Part shown: in pieces, positions 29,050 to 40,100 of the stretch
Layout of the letters: the number at the start of each line of letters is the position of its first letter
How positions within the stretch are numbered: position 1 is the stretch's first letter
Source of the DNA: an uncultured Gemmatimonadaceae bacterium
Lineage (GTDB): Bacteria > Gemmatimonadota > Gemmatimonadetes > Gemmatimonadales > Gemmatimonadaceae
DNA: 64,000 nt
Direction of reading: 5' to 3'
Assembly (NCBI GenBank): GCA_963822945.1
Contig: CAWGJO010000020.1
Span: 416,001-480,000 of the forward strand
Translations under genes and position numbers: made by a program
The notes under the pieces: model-generated
What the model saw: only the letters and a program-made list of their open reading frames with translations
What the model was told of the DNA's origin: nothing
The model's database searches: none

Positions 29050-31089
29050 ATGTCCGCTGACCCATCTCGCTCGGGTGAACCGGCGGCCCCAGTTTCGGCC
29101 AATGGGACGAGCGGATTTCATGCAGCCGTGCCCCGCGAACGGGAGCACGTGGAAACACACCCCACCGGCAAGCGGCTTGCCTTCCTCTCGCTGGCGGCGC
29201 TGGGCGTGGTATACGGCGACATCGGCACCAGTCCGCTCTACGCCATCAAAGAGTGTTTCCGGACGGAATACGGCATCCAGCCGACCCAGCAGAACGTCTA
29301 TGGCGTGCTCTCGCTGATCGTCTGGGCGCTGATCCTCGTGGTGTGCGTGAAGTACCTGGTGTTCATCATGCGCGCCGACAACCGGGGCGAGGGAGGAATT
29401 CTCGCCCTGCTTGCCCTGCTGATGCAGGACGGCAAGTCGCCGGCCGGGACCACGCGCCGGTATGCGCTCGTGGTGCTCGGCATCTTCGGCGCCGCCCTGC
29501 TCTATGGCGACGGAATGATCACCCCCGCCATCTCGGTGCTCGGCGCCATGGAGGGGTTGCAGATCGCCGCCCCGAACCTGCACGAGGCCACGGTGGTCAT
29601 CTCAACCGTGGTGATCCTGTTCGCCCTGTTCTCGCTCCAGAAGCACGGCACTTCCCGGGTGGGCGGCCTGTTCGGCCCCATCATGCTCGTGTGGTTCGTC
29701 ACCATCGGTGCGCTGGGCGCCGCCGAGATCGTACGGGCTCCGGCCATTCTGCTTGCGCTCAACCCCTGGTACGGTGTGCGGTTCTTCCTCTCCTACGGCT
29801 CCGTGGCGTTCTTCCTGCTCGGCGCCGTGGTGCTGGTGGTCACCGGATCCGAGGCCCTGTATGCCGACATGGGCCACTTCGGCAAGCGGCCGATCAGGCT
29901 GGCCTGGTTCGGATTCGTGTTCCCGGCGCTGCTGCTCAACTACTTCGGGCAGGGCGCCATTCTGTTGCGCGAGCCGACGGCCGTGGCGAACCCGTTCTAC
30001 CTGCTGGCGCCCCGGGTCCTGCTCTACCCGTTGCTGCTCATCGCGACTCTGGCAGCGATCGTCGCCTCGCAGGCCCTCATCTCGGGGGCGTTCTCGCTCA
30101 TGCAGCAGAGCGTGCAACTCGGCTACTCGCCGCGCGTGACCATCGTCCACACGTCGAGCCGCGAGGCGGGGCAGATCTTCATCCCCGAAGTCAACGACGT
30201 GCTCCGCATCGGCACCATCCTGCTGGTGCTGAGCTTCGGCTCGGTGGCCAACCTGAGCGCGGCCTACGGCATCGCGGTCACCGGCACCATGGTCATCACC
30301 TCGCTGCTCTTCTATTCCGTGGCGCGGTCGCGCTGGAACTGGTCCATGCTCAAGGCGGGGCTGCTCACTTTGGGCTTCCTGGTGGTGGACGTGGGGCTGA
30401 TGGCGGCCAATCTGGTGAAGATCGAATACGGCGGATGGGTACCGATCGCCATCGCCGTGGCGATCTTCGCGCTCATGAGCACCTGGAAGCGCGGGCGCAT
30501 CATGCTCAACCGCATCCTCCACTCCGGGGCGCTGCCGCTGGACATCTTCCTGGACGACGTCGCGCGCCGCAAACCCACGCGCGTGCCGGGCACGGCCGTC
30601 TTCATGACCTCGTCGCCCAAGGGGGTGCCGGTGGTGCTGCTGCACCACGTCAAGCACAACAAGGTGCTGCACGACCAGGTGGTGTTGATGTCGATCCTCA
30701 CCCTCGAGGTGCCCGAAGTGGACGAGAGCGAGCGTCTCTCGCTCGAGAAGTTCGAGGAAGGGTTCTGGCGGTTGACCGCCCGCTACGGATTCATGGAGAC
30801 GCCCGACGTCCCGGAAGTGCTCAACCGCGCCCGCACGCTGGGGCTGCGGGCGAAGGCGCTCGACACGACGTTCTACCTGGGCCGCGAGCGGATCCTGGTG
30901 CTCGAGAAGGGCGAGAAGCGCACGGGCCGCGGCGCCACGCCAGACGCCGAGGAGGGGCCGGTGCTCGAGATGGCCCGCTGGCGGAAGAAGCTGTTCGTCG
31001 TGATGACGCGCAACGCGCGCTCGGCGACGGAGTTCTTCAACATTCCGCCCAACCGGGTGGTGGAGCTCGGGGCGCAGGTCGAGTTCTAG
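29050..31089 (+). CDS. kup: KUP/HAK/KT potassium transporter
   Basis: GVVYGDIGTSPLY, DNRGEGG, GSEALYADMGHFG, HNKVLH; start uncertain. Confidence 0.95.
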   Translation: MSADPSRSGEPAAPVSANGTSGFHAAVPREREHVETHPTGKRLAFLSLAALGVVYGDIGTSPLYAIKECFRTEYGIQPTQQNVYGVLSLIVWALILVVCVKYLVFIMRADNRGEGGILALLALLMQDGKSPAGTTRRYALVVLGIFGAALLYGDGMITPAISVLGAMEGLQIAAPNLHEATVVISTVVILFALFSLQKHGTSRVGGLFGPIMLVWFVTIGALGAAEIVRAPAILLALNPWYGVRFFLSYGSVAFFLLGAVVLVVTGSEALYADMGHFGKRPIRLAWFGFVFPALLLNYFGQGAILLREPTAVANPFYLLAPRVLLYPLLLIATLAAIVASQALISGAFSLMQQSVQLGYSPRVTIVHTSSREAGQIFIPEVNDVLRIGTILLVLSFGSVANLSAAYGIAVTGTMVITSLLFYSVARSRWNWSMLKAGLLTLGFLVVDVGLMAANLVKIEYGGWVPIAIAVAIFALMSTWKRGRIMLNRILHSGALPLDIFLDDVARRKPTRVPGTAVFMTSSPKGVPVVLLHHVKHNKVLHDQVVLMSILTLEVPEVDESERLSLEKFEEGFWRLTARYGFMETPDVPEVLNRARTLGLRAKALDTTFYLGRERILVLEKGEKRTGRGATPDAEEGPVLEMARWRKKLFVVMTRNARSATEFFNIPPNRVVELGAQVEF

Positions 31090-31259
31090 CAGGGCGGCGC
31101 CGCTTCGCGGCGCTGTTTCCCGTTGAACGTTTCACCGAGGCCTTCAACGGCGCCCTCCCTCCGCCCCCTTCCCTTCCGGCGGTCCGCGAGGCAAATCAGT
31201 GGCGCGTCAGTCCCGCCCCCACCCCCCTCCTCGCTCCCCGCTCCTTCGGAGACTCACCC

Positions 31260-33791
31260 ATGTCGGCCCCCGTCCGTTCCCTCCGCCCCCGGTTCGTCCG
31301 GGCCTGCGCCGCGCTCGTCCTCCTCGGCGTTTCCGCCGTGGGCGCGACGGCGCAACAGACGCACACCAACACGGCCAATTGGACACTGGCCAACAAGTTC
31401 ACCCCCGAAGCGCTGCGCCCCATCCTCTACAGTTCGGCGGTGGATCCGCACTGGATCGGGAAGACCGATTCCATGTGGTACAACTGGAAGGACCACAACG
31501 GGTCGGCGTTCTACCTCGTGGTGCCGTCGCTCAAGGTGAAGCGGGCGCTGTTCGACCAGGTGAAGATGGCCGCCGCGCTGACCGCAGCGTCGGGACACGC
31601 CTACGAGTCGTACAACCTCCCCTTCACCTCGGTGGACTTCGGCAAGGACCACAAGACCTTCGAGTTCAACGCCGACAGTTCGCGCTGGGAGTGGACGCTG
31701 GCCACCGGGAAGCTGCGCCGCGTGGGGCCGGCCACGCATGAGGAGCCGGCCCCGAGCGGCCGCGGCGGACGCGGGTTCGGGCGCGGCGGCGGCAACTTCC
31801 GCAACTACTCGCCCGACAGCACACACTTCGTGTTCGCCCGCGACTACAACCTGTTCATCGTCGACACGGTGACCAAGGACACAACGCAGATCTCCACCGA
31901 CGGTGAGCGGAAGCGGAGCTTCGGCAAGATCGATACGGCGATGGTGCTGCTGAACCAGCGCGGTCGCTCGGGCGGCGGCGGAGGCGGGCGGGGGCGCGGA
32001 GCGAACAACCCGCTCGACCCGCGCGTGCGCGCCAACGTGGAATGGTCCCGCGATTCCAAGGCGTTCGCCGTGGTGCGTATGGACGAACGCAAGGTCGCGG
32101 ACCTGTATCTGGTGGACAACCTGGCCCAGCCGCGTCCCACGCTCATGGAGTATCCGTACGCCATGCCGGGCGAGAAGAACGTGGCCCAGATGGAGTTGTA
32201 CACCTACACCATCGGCGACAAGTCGGTCACGCCGTTGGACGTGAGCAAGTACAAGGACCAGCGCATCATGAACATCGTCTGGCCCGACGCCGGCCACGAC
32301 GTGCTCAGCCTGGTGCGGCGCGACCGCACGCAGCGCGATCTGGAAATGATCGACATCAACCTCAAGACGCACGCCGTCACCACGATCCTCACCGAGAAGA
32401 GCGGCTGGGGCGGGCTGCAGACGCAGACCCCACGCTACGTGAACGCGGGCGGCGACTTCATCTGGTGGTCCGACAGCACGGGCTGGGGCCACTACTACCT
32501 CTACTCGCACGACGGCAAGCTCAAGAGCGCGCTCGGCACGGGGCCCTGGCGCGCCGAGGAGCTGGTGGACGTCGATTCGGTGCGCCGCGTGGCGTGGATC
32601 ACCGGCGTCGGGCGCGAGCCGGGCGAGGATCCGTACTACCACCATCTCTATCGGGTGAACCTCGACGGCACCGGCCTCACGCTGGTGGATGCCGGCGACG
32701 CGACGCACAACGCCGACCTCTCGCCCGACTACAAGTTCGACGTCGACAATTACTCGCGCATCAACCTCGAGCCGCACGCCGTGATCCGCGACGCCTCCAC
32801 CGGCAAGACGGTGATGGACCTCGAGACCACGGACATCTCCGGCCTCAAGGCGCTCGGCTGGAAGCCGCCGGAGCCGTTCAAGACGAAGGCGGCCGATGGC
32901 ATCACGGACATCTGGGGCGAGATGTGGAAGCCGTTCGACTTCGATTCCACGAAGTCGTACCCGATCATCACGTACACCTATCCGGGACCGCAGACCGAAT
33001 CGGTGATCTTCAACTTCTCACCCGCGGCCCAGCAGCAGCGCCTCGCCCAGCTCGGCTTCATCGTCGTCACGTTCGGCAATCGCGGCGGCAGCCCCGAACG
33101 CTCGCGCTGGTACGACACGTTCGGCTACCTCAACCTCCGTGACTACGGACTGGCCGACAAGAAGTACGTGATTCAGGAACTGGGCGCCGAGCACTCGTAC
33201 ATCGATCTCAATCGGGTGGGCATCTACGGCCACTCGGGCGGCGGATTCCAGACGGCCGCCGCCATGCTCATGCCGCCGTACAACGACTTCTTCAAGGTCG
33301 GCGTGAGCGAATCGGGCAACCACGACAACAACATCTACAACCAGAACTGGAGCGAACAGTACCACGGGCTCAGGGTCGAGACGGCCGGCGACAGCGCGCG
33401 CGGTGGCGCGCGGGGTCGCGGCGGGCGCGGGCCCCGCGGCCGCGCCGCGGCAGACACGAATGCCAGCGAGTTCGGCCGCGTCGCCGCCAGCGACAGCAAC
33501 ACCGACGTCCAGATCCACGTGCCGACGACGGTCGAGTTGGCCAAGAACCTCAAGGGCGCGCTCCTGCTCGAGACCGGGCTCATGGACAACAACGTCCATC
33601 CGGCCAATACCTACCGGCTGGCGAATGCCCTCCTCGAGGCCCACAAGCGCTTCTCCTTCATGATCTATCCGGGACGGCCGCACGGATACGGCAGCTTCGC
33701 GCCGTACGCGCAGGAGATGATGATGGAGTTCTTCGCCACGCACTTCCTGGGAGACTACTACGGGAGGAGCGCGGAGATGAGTGTGCACTGA
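31260..33791 (+). CDS. Secreted S9B dipeptidyl peptidase IV family protein
   Basis: Signal peptide, YAMPGE, YPGPQ, GHSGGG nucleophile, DNNVHP, catalytic His in RPHGY. Confidence 0.9.
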   Translation: MSAPVRSLRPRFVRACAALVLLGVSAVGATAQQTHTNTANWTLANKFTPEALRPILYSSAVDPHWIGKTDSMWYNWKDHNGSAFYLVVPSLKVKRALFDQVKMAAALTAASGHAYESYNLPFTSVDFGKDHKTFEFNADSSRWEWTLATGKLRRVGPATHEEPAPSGRGGRGFGRGGGNFRNYSPDSTHFVFARDYNLFIVDTVTKDTTQISTDGERKRSFGKIDTAMVLLNQRGRSGGGGGGRGRGANNPLDPRVRANVEWSRDSKAFAVVRMDERKVADLYLVDNLAQPRPTLMEYPYAMPGEKNVAQMELYTYTIGDKSVTPLDVSKYKDQRIMNIVWPDAGHDVLSLVRRDRTQRDLEMIDINLKTHAVTTILTEKSGWGGLQTQTPRYVNAGGDFIWWSDSTGWGHYYLYSHDGKLKSALGTGPWRAEELVDVDSVRRVAWITGVGREPGEDPYYHHLYRVNLDGTGLTLVDAGDATHNADLSPDYKFDVDNYSRINLEPHAVIRDASTGKTVMDLETTDISGLKALGWKPPEPFKTKAADGITDIWGEMWKPFDFDSTKSYPIITYTYPGPQTESVIFNFSPAAQQQRLAQLGFIVVTFGNRGGSPERSRWYDTFGYLNLRDYGLADKKYVIQELGAEHSYIDLNRVGIYGHSGGGFQTAAAMLMPPYNDFFKVGVSESGNHDNNIYNQNWSEQYHGLRVETAGDSARGGARGRGGRGPRGRAAADTNASEFGRVAASDSNTDVQIHVPTTVELAKNLKGALLLETGLMDNNVHPANTYRLANALLEAHKRFSFMIYPGRPHGYGSFAPYAQEMMMEFFATHFLGDYYGRSAEMSVH

Positions 33792-33794
33792 CCG

Positions 33795-33874
33795 GGTAAG
33801 TCGGTAAGTCGGTAGGTCGGGAGGTCGGGAGGTCGGAGATTGGCGAACGCGGTCCCCGACCTCCCGACCTACCG
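33795..33874. repeat. GGTAGGTC octamer repeats with inverted copies (hairpin between convergent genes)
   Basis: Five direct units, then ccgacctcccgacctaccg, a perfect 19-nt complement of 33810-33828. Confidence 0.85.
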
Positions 33875-33892
33875 TTGCACCGCCCTACTGCG

Positions 33893-34750
33893 TCAACGCG
33901 TCCAGATCAACGTCACGCACCCGGCGTGCTCGGCGCCGGTGGTCATGGCGCCCCCGCCGGCCGAGGTCGCGTTGTAGCGCGGCGGGACCTCGCCGGCACG
34001 GTACACCTCGATGCCCGCCACCATGCTCGGGTCGAGCATCGAGTTGATGCCCGTGTCCAGGTTCCGGGCCGCGCGCCCCGGCCCGAGGTTCGGCTTCGGG
34101 ATCGGCGTCAGCGCTCCGTCGATGTAGATCGTGCAGTCCCACATCCACGGACGCCCGGAAAGTGCCGTCAGATCGCTCATCAACGTGGGCGCCCAGTGCT
34201 CGATCTGCGCCTGGGAGATGTACGCGTTCGGGGGCGCCGCCCCCTGCCGCCGCCGGTCGTAGAATCCGGTGAGGTCGAGCTTGCGCACCGTGTCGGCGGG
34301 ACCGCGCGCCACGCCGCGCGCGCGGGTGACCACGGTCGGCATCAACTGGCCCACGCGGTCGAGAACCAGCGTGATCGGGATCGTGTCGGCCGCGCCGTTG
34401 GCGACCACCACCGTGCTCATGTTGTATCCCAGCTTCCGCACCCGCAGCAACGCCCCCGACGTGTCCATCGGCAGGAGGACCGTGCCGGTGGCGGTGGTGA
34501 GCGCCGAAAGACCGGTGAGGATGTCCTTCACCTCGGCACTGTCGATCGGTTCGCCCGTTTCGGAGTCGAAGATGCCGATCACGCGCGTCCGCACGACGAG
34601 GCCTTTCACCGAATCGGCCTGCGCCCGAACACTCCTCGGCGCGCCGAGTACGATACCGGCCAACACGAGCAGGACCGCCAGGACCGTACGAAGCGGTGCG
34701 GTGAGAGTGGCGCGCGTGGGGATGGGGGTGGGGGCGGGAGTGGGGGGCAT
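33893..34750 (-). CDS. Secreted protein with carboxypeptidase-regulatory-like domain and TonB plug-like C-terminus
   Basis: Signal peptide, DSETGEPI, VRKLGY, GFYDRR, VAGIEVY, CVTLIWTR. Confidence 0.72.
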   Translation of the reverse strand: MPPTPAPTPIPTRATLTAPLRTVLAVLLVLAGIVLGAPRSVRAQADSVKGLVVRTRVIGIFDSETGEPIDSAEVKDILTGLSALTTATGTVLLPMDTSGALLRVRKLGYNMSTVVVANGAADTIPITLVLDRVGQLMPTVVTRARGVARGPADTVRKLDLTGFYDRRRQGAAPPNAYISQAQIEHWAPTLMSDLTALSGRPWMWDCTIYIDGALTPIPKPNLGPGRAARNLDTGINSMLDPSMVAGIEVYRAGEVPPRYNATSAGGGAMTTGAEHAGCVTLIWTR

Positions 34751-35037
34751 AACCATCTCTCCATTCTCGGAAACATATAGAACCAAGCACCGCGCCTGCG
34801 CCAGAGTCGGCACGAGGAATCCATGGGGTGCGGGACCCGGCCACAGCGAATACTCCCCTCGCGCCGCCAACGTTTGGCATCGAATCGTTCCCGGGCGTGG
34901 CATTTCAATGGGGGCCGCGATTCCCATCGGCCTGGCGACTGAAAGCCGGCCATCGAGTGCTGATCGCTCTCGACTGGCAGTTGGCAGCAATTCGCCAGCC
35001 TTCAACGGCTGGTCCCCCCTTCCGCCTGCCCTCTATT

Positions 35038-35053
35038 TTCGGTATTTCTTCGG
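35038..35053 (+). promoter_or_regulatory. Candidate SOS operator, direct repeat TTCGG-N6-TTCGG
   Basis: 11-bp period repeat ending 2 nt before the imuA ATG. Confidence 0.45.
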
Positions 35054-35055
35054 GT

Positions 35056-35763
35056 ATGCCAGCCGCTGCTGCCAGGGACCTCGCCGCCCTCCGTGCGCTC
35101 CTCGACGAGCGTTTTCCCGATGCCTCGCCCATCACCAGGCGGGCCACCGCCCAGCTGGCCACGGGCATCGGGGAACTGGATAGCGCCCTGCCCAGCGGCG
35201 GGCTCCCGCGCGGCCGCCTCTCCGTCTGGGCGCCCCGTGGCGGATCCACGGCCATTCTCCGCGCCGCCTGCCAGGGGGTCCTCGCCGCCGGCGAGCGTGC
35301 CGCCTGGATCGACAGCGTCGGCACCGTGGCCGGCGCCTTCTGGGATGAGGAGGGGCCCCTGCTCGTCCGCCCCTCCAGCCGCCTGAACGCGCTGCGCTCC
35401 GCCGAGGAGCTACTGCGCTCGGGCGGGTTCGCGCTGGTGGTGCTGGCCGGCGCCGAGCCCAGGGGACAGGAGACCGTCCGTCTCACTCGTGCTACCCGCG
35501 ACGGGGGCAGCGCCCTCGTCGCCCTCACCACCCATGCCGCGATGTCGGCGCTCAAGCTGACCTCGCGCATCACGCCCGCCGACTACCGCTACAAGCGCAC
35601 GCCGTTCGGAGACCCCGCCGAGATCACGCACGCCCGCGTGCGCGTGGACTCGGTGGCGCTCGGATGGAAGGCGCACGCCGAATTCGTTCTTCCGGTCACG
35701 CATCATGAGTTACGTCTGTCTCTGGAGCCCGAGCTGGCCGACCGGCGCGGCGTTTCCCGCTGA
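35056..35763 (+). CDS. imuA: ImuA / RecA-like mutasome protein
   Basis: LATGIGELDSALPSGGLPRG, AWID, AEELLRSGGF; first gene of imu cassette; degenerate Walker A. Confidence 0.8.
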   Translation: MPAAAARDLAALRALLDERFPDASPITRRATAQLATGIGELDSALPSGGLPRGRLSVWAPRGGSTAILRAACQGVLAAGERAAWIDSVGTVAGAFWDEEGPLLVRPSSRLNALRSAEELLRSGGFALVVLAGAEPRGQETVRLTRATRDGGSALVALTTHAAMSALKLTSRITPADYRYKRTPFGDPAEITHARVRVDSVALGWKAHAEFVLPVTHHELRLSLEPELADRRGVSR

Positions 35764-37151
35764 GCTGCTCACCGACCTGCTGCAGCACACCCCGCGCGTG
35801 CGCGTCGGCGCCGGCGGCCGCGTGTGGGCCGACGCCCGCGGCTTCGACGCGGGCGCACTCGCCGTCAAACTCGTGGACGTGGCGCACCGCCACGCCTATT
35901 CCAACGCCCACGCCGGCGCCGCCACCACGGCCATCGCCGCCGAGCTGGCAGCCACGCAGCGGCGCGTGCCCTTCACCGTCGTGAAGCCTGGGCACGACCG
36001 TGAGTTCGTGGCCGGGTTTCCAATAGACGTGCTCGAGCCCTCCACGCTGCTCGACAATCTGCTCGACGGCATCGGCGTGGAGACCTGCGGCGCGCTCGCC
36101 GCGCTCGACGCCGAACACGTCGAGGTGCGCCTCGGCGCCGAGGGCGTGCGCCTGTGGAAGCTGGCGCGGGCCGACGATCCGCGGCTGTTGTTCGCGTATC
36201 CCACGCGCGTGCTGCCCAGCACCACGGTGGAATGGGTGGACTACGCGCTGCGCGACGCCGAGCGGTTGATCTTCGTGGTCAATGCGCAGGCGGAGACCGT
36301 GTGCAACAAGATGGCCGGCGATGGACAGCGGGCGCGCGAGATCTCACTCGTCTTCGCGCTCGCCGACCGCACCGAGTTCACGCACCGCATTCGCTCGGCG
36401 CGTCCCACGGCCAGCCAGAAGGCGTGGATGCGGCTCATCCGCTCGGCGCTGGAGCGCATCACGCTTCCCGACGCGGTCACCGGCGTGACGCTGCGCGTGG
36501 AGTCGGTGATCGGCAACGACGGCGTGCAGGGCGATCTGTTCGACAAGGGGTTCGCCAGCGCGCCGCAGGTGGAACGCACGGTGTCGCAGCTCATGGACGA
36601 TCAGGGCGACGTGGTGCTGACCCCGAAGAACTCGGCGCACCCGCTGGTGGACGCGCGTACGGAGTGGACGCGCGAGGATCCCGCGACGGCGGCCACGAGC
36701 GGCGCGCGCGGCGTGGCCAGGGCCCAGAGGGAGGGCGGCGCAAGACCGACGCCGCACCTGACCCTGCAGCTCGTCACGCCGCCGCGGCCCGTATCGGTGA
36801 AGACTACGGAGCGCCGCGACCACCAGGTGCCGGTGCAGTACCGCGATGCCGGCACGTCGTACGCGATCGTGGATGCAGCGGGGCCAGAGCGGGTGTCGGG
36901 CGGGCAGTGGGAGGAGGGGGGCCCGTACGCCAGAGAATATTTCCGTTGTGTCCGCGAAGACGGCACGTTGGTCTGGTTGTATCGAGATGCAGCGCGATCT
37001 GTCGGTGCCGGCGTTGCCGGTCAGCTCAGAGCTGGCAGCTCACAGCTCACGGCCTTCTGTTGACGCTTCTTCGCGGCCCGCAGTTCTCCCACCTACCGAC
37101 CTACCGACCTACCGACCTACCCTTTGGTTCCTCCACGGCTGGTGGGATTGA
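35705..37151 (+). CDS. imuB: ImuB inactive Y-family polymerase; repeat insertion and frameshift before the C-terminal motif
   Basis: QGDLF clamp motif, GPERVSGGQW, REYFRC, WLYRD; WFLHGWWD* in +1 frame at 37125-37151; in-frame stop at 37063. Confidence 0.82.
37022..37122 (+). repeat. CAGCTCA heptamers and ACCTACCG x4 octamers inside imuB
   Basis: cagctca gagctgg cagctca cagctca; acctaccg x3 plus acctaccc. Confidence 0.85.
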
Positions 37152-37158
37152 CCCCCCA

Positions 37159-40100
37159 ATGCCGTACACGGAACTCCGCGCGCACACCGCGTTCTCATTC
37201 GGTGACGGTTCGGCGACCCCGGAAGCGCTCGTCGCGCGCGCGCACGCCCTTGGCTATCGCCGCCTCGCCATCACCGACACCGCCGATCTCGGCGCCATCG
37301 TCCGCGCGCAGCTCGCCGCGCGCGCCTGCGACCCGCCGCTCGAACTGATCGTCGGCGCGGAGATCAATGTGGACGGAAAACCGGCGGCGTTCCTGGCGCG
37401 CAATGCACAGGGCTATCGCAACGTGGCGGCGCTCGTCACCGCCGCGCGCGTGGGCAACTGGGCCGCCTGGGAAAAGAACGCGCAGGGCCGGCGGCGCGGT
37501 CGGCCGAGTGTGACCTGGGAACAGGTCGCCCGGCATGCCGATGGGGTACACGCGCTCACCGGACCTGGGTCGGGTCCGCTCGCGTCGCGCGTCCTGGCCG
37601 GCGACGACGAGGGGGCGCGCCGGCTGCTGGGCGCATGGCGTGAAGTGTTCGGCGCGCAGTTGGCCGTCGAGGTCCAGTTGCATCACACCGGGGGCGCCGA
37701 GGCGGCGCTGGCCGGCGCGCTCGTCTCGCTCGCCGAGCGCGAGCGCGTGCCCTGGGTGGTGACGCACGATCCGCGCTACGTGGACGAGCGCGGCCGGCTG
37801 GTGCACGACATGCTCACCGCGCTGCGGGCCGAGTTGACCATCGACGAGGCCGCATCGCGCGGCGTGCTGCATCCCAACGGCGACTGGCGTCTGCTCGCGC
37901 CGGCCGAGATGGAGCGGCGGTGGCGCGGGCGCACCGAGGGGTTGTGCGAGAGCATGCGGATCGCCGCCGAGTGCGAGCCATGTGACTTCGCATGGATGCG
38001 TCCGCCGATGCCGAAGTATGCGGTGCCCGCCAGCCACAACGACATCAGCTTCCTGCGCGAGCAGGCGTACATCGGGGCGCGCGAGCGGTGGGGCACCGTC
38101 ACGCCCAAGCAGGCCACGCAGATCGAGCGCGAGTTGGCGGTGATCAACCGGCTCGGCTTCGCCGGGTTCTTTCTCGTGATGTGGGACGCGGTGCGCTTCG
38201 CGCGCGAACGGGGGATCCTCTGCCAGGGGCGCGGGAGCGCGGCCAACTCGGTGATCGCGTTCTGCCTGCGGATCACGGCGGTGGATCCGGTGGAGCACGG
38301 GCTGCTGTTCGAGCGCTTCCTGAGCGAGGTCCGCGTGGACGGGAAGGCCGAGGCGCCCGACATCGACGTGGACTTCGAGCACGACCGGCGCGAGGAGGTG
38401 CTCGACTACATGTACGAGCACTACGCGCGCGAGCGGGCAGCCATCGCCTGCACCGTGCAGACCTATCGTGCGCCGAACGCCGTGCAGGACGCGATGCGCG
38501 CGTTCGGGTACGAGCCGGAGCTGGCGGTGTCGATTTCCAAGCGGCTGCACCATGCGGAGCCCGCGGACGCGGCCGAGATCATCCGCGACGGGCTTGGCGC
38601 CGAGCAGGGGCTGGAGGTGAACGACGCACGCGGGCAGGCGCTGCTGAAGGGAATCGCGGCGTTCGACGGCGTGCCGCGCATGCGCTCCACGCACGTGGGC
38701 GGGTTCGTACTGTCCAGCCGGCCGCTGGGGCACTACCTGCCCATCGAGCAGACGGCGATGGGGCGGACCATCGTGCAGTTCGACAAGGACGATCTGGACG
38801 CGGTGGGCGTGCCCAAGTTCGACTTTCTGGGGCTGGGCGGGCTGTCGGCGGTGCGGCGCGCGTTCGACGTGATCGAGCGGCGGACGGGCACGCGCCCCGC
38901 GATGTACACGCTGCCGTACGACGACGCGAAGACGTACGCGCTCATCCAGAGCGGCGAGACCATCGGGACGTTTCAGATCGAGAGCCGGGCGCAGATCGGA
39001 TCGATTCTGAAGACCAAGCCCGAGCGGCTGTACGACATCGTGGTGCAGGTGGCGCTCATCCGGCCGGGCCCCATCCAGGCGAAGTTCGTGCACCCGTACA
39101 CCGAACGGCGGCTGGGGCGCGAGCCGGTGACCTATCTGCATCCGGCGCTCGAGCCCATTCTCGCGCGCACGCAGGGCATTCCGATCTTCCAGGAGCAGGC
39201 CATGGCGATTGCCATGGCGTTGGGTGGCTACACCGGCGGTCAGGCCGACGAGCTGCGCCGGACCATGGGGAACATCCGCAAGAAGGAGCGGCTGGTGGGC
39301 GCGCTTACCAGACTGCGCACGGCGATGGTGGATCGCGGCATCGACGGGGACATCGCCGACCACATCTGCGCCGATCTGGTGAGCTTCGCGAACTACGGCT
39401 TTCCGGAGAGCCACGCGTGGAGCTTCGCGCTGATTGCCTATGCGACGGCGTGGCTCAAGGCACACCATCCCACGGAGTTCTTCTACGGACTGCTGAACTC
39501 GTGGCCGATGGGGTTCTATCCCGTGTCCACGCTCATCCACGACGCCAAGCGGCACGGCGTGCCGCTGCTGCCGCCCTGCCTGCGCGACGGCGATTGGGAG
39601 TGCGGCGTGGAGGAAACGGAGGACCCGGCTCGGCCGGCGCTCCGCATCGGGTGGCGGCACGTGCGGGGTGTGGGCACGCGGGTGATCGACGCACTGAAGG
39701 ATGCGCGAATGACCGGGCCGTTCATCTCGATTGCCGACGTGGTGCGGCGGGCTCGGCTGAGCCGGGCGGACGTGCTGGCATTCGCGCGGGCGGGCGCGTT
39801 CGGCGTCTGGTCGCCGGACCGGCGGCACGCCGCGTGGGAGGGGCTGCGCGCGGTGGGCGATCTGCTGCCGCTGGCGCCGGCGTCACGGGAGTTGCACAGC
39901 CCTCCGCCGGTGGATCGCGACCGGCAGGTGCTGCTGGATTACTACGCGGTGGGGTTGAGCCTCGACGGGCATCCCATGCAGACCGTGCGCGCGAAGCTGG
40001 AGGCGGGGGGCGCGGTATCGAGCCGCGACCTGGCCACACTGCCGAGTGGGCGGACGGTGGCCATCGGCGGGCTCGTGACCGTGCGGCAGCGGCCGAGCAC

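Noticed and set aside
29253..31259. N-terminal extension making a 1512-aa ORF
   Set aside because: Off-frame overlap with kup; DPP-IV begins at 31260 with a signal peptide
36154..37158. Apparent ImuB-DnaE2 fusion or long DnaE2 N-terminus
   Set aside because: Off-frame to imuB and low complexity; the PHP domain starts at 37159
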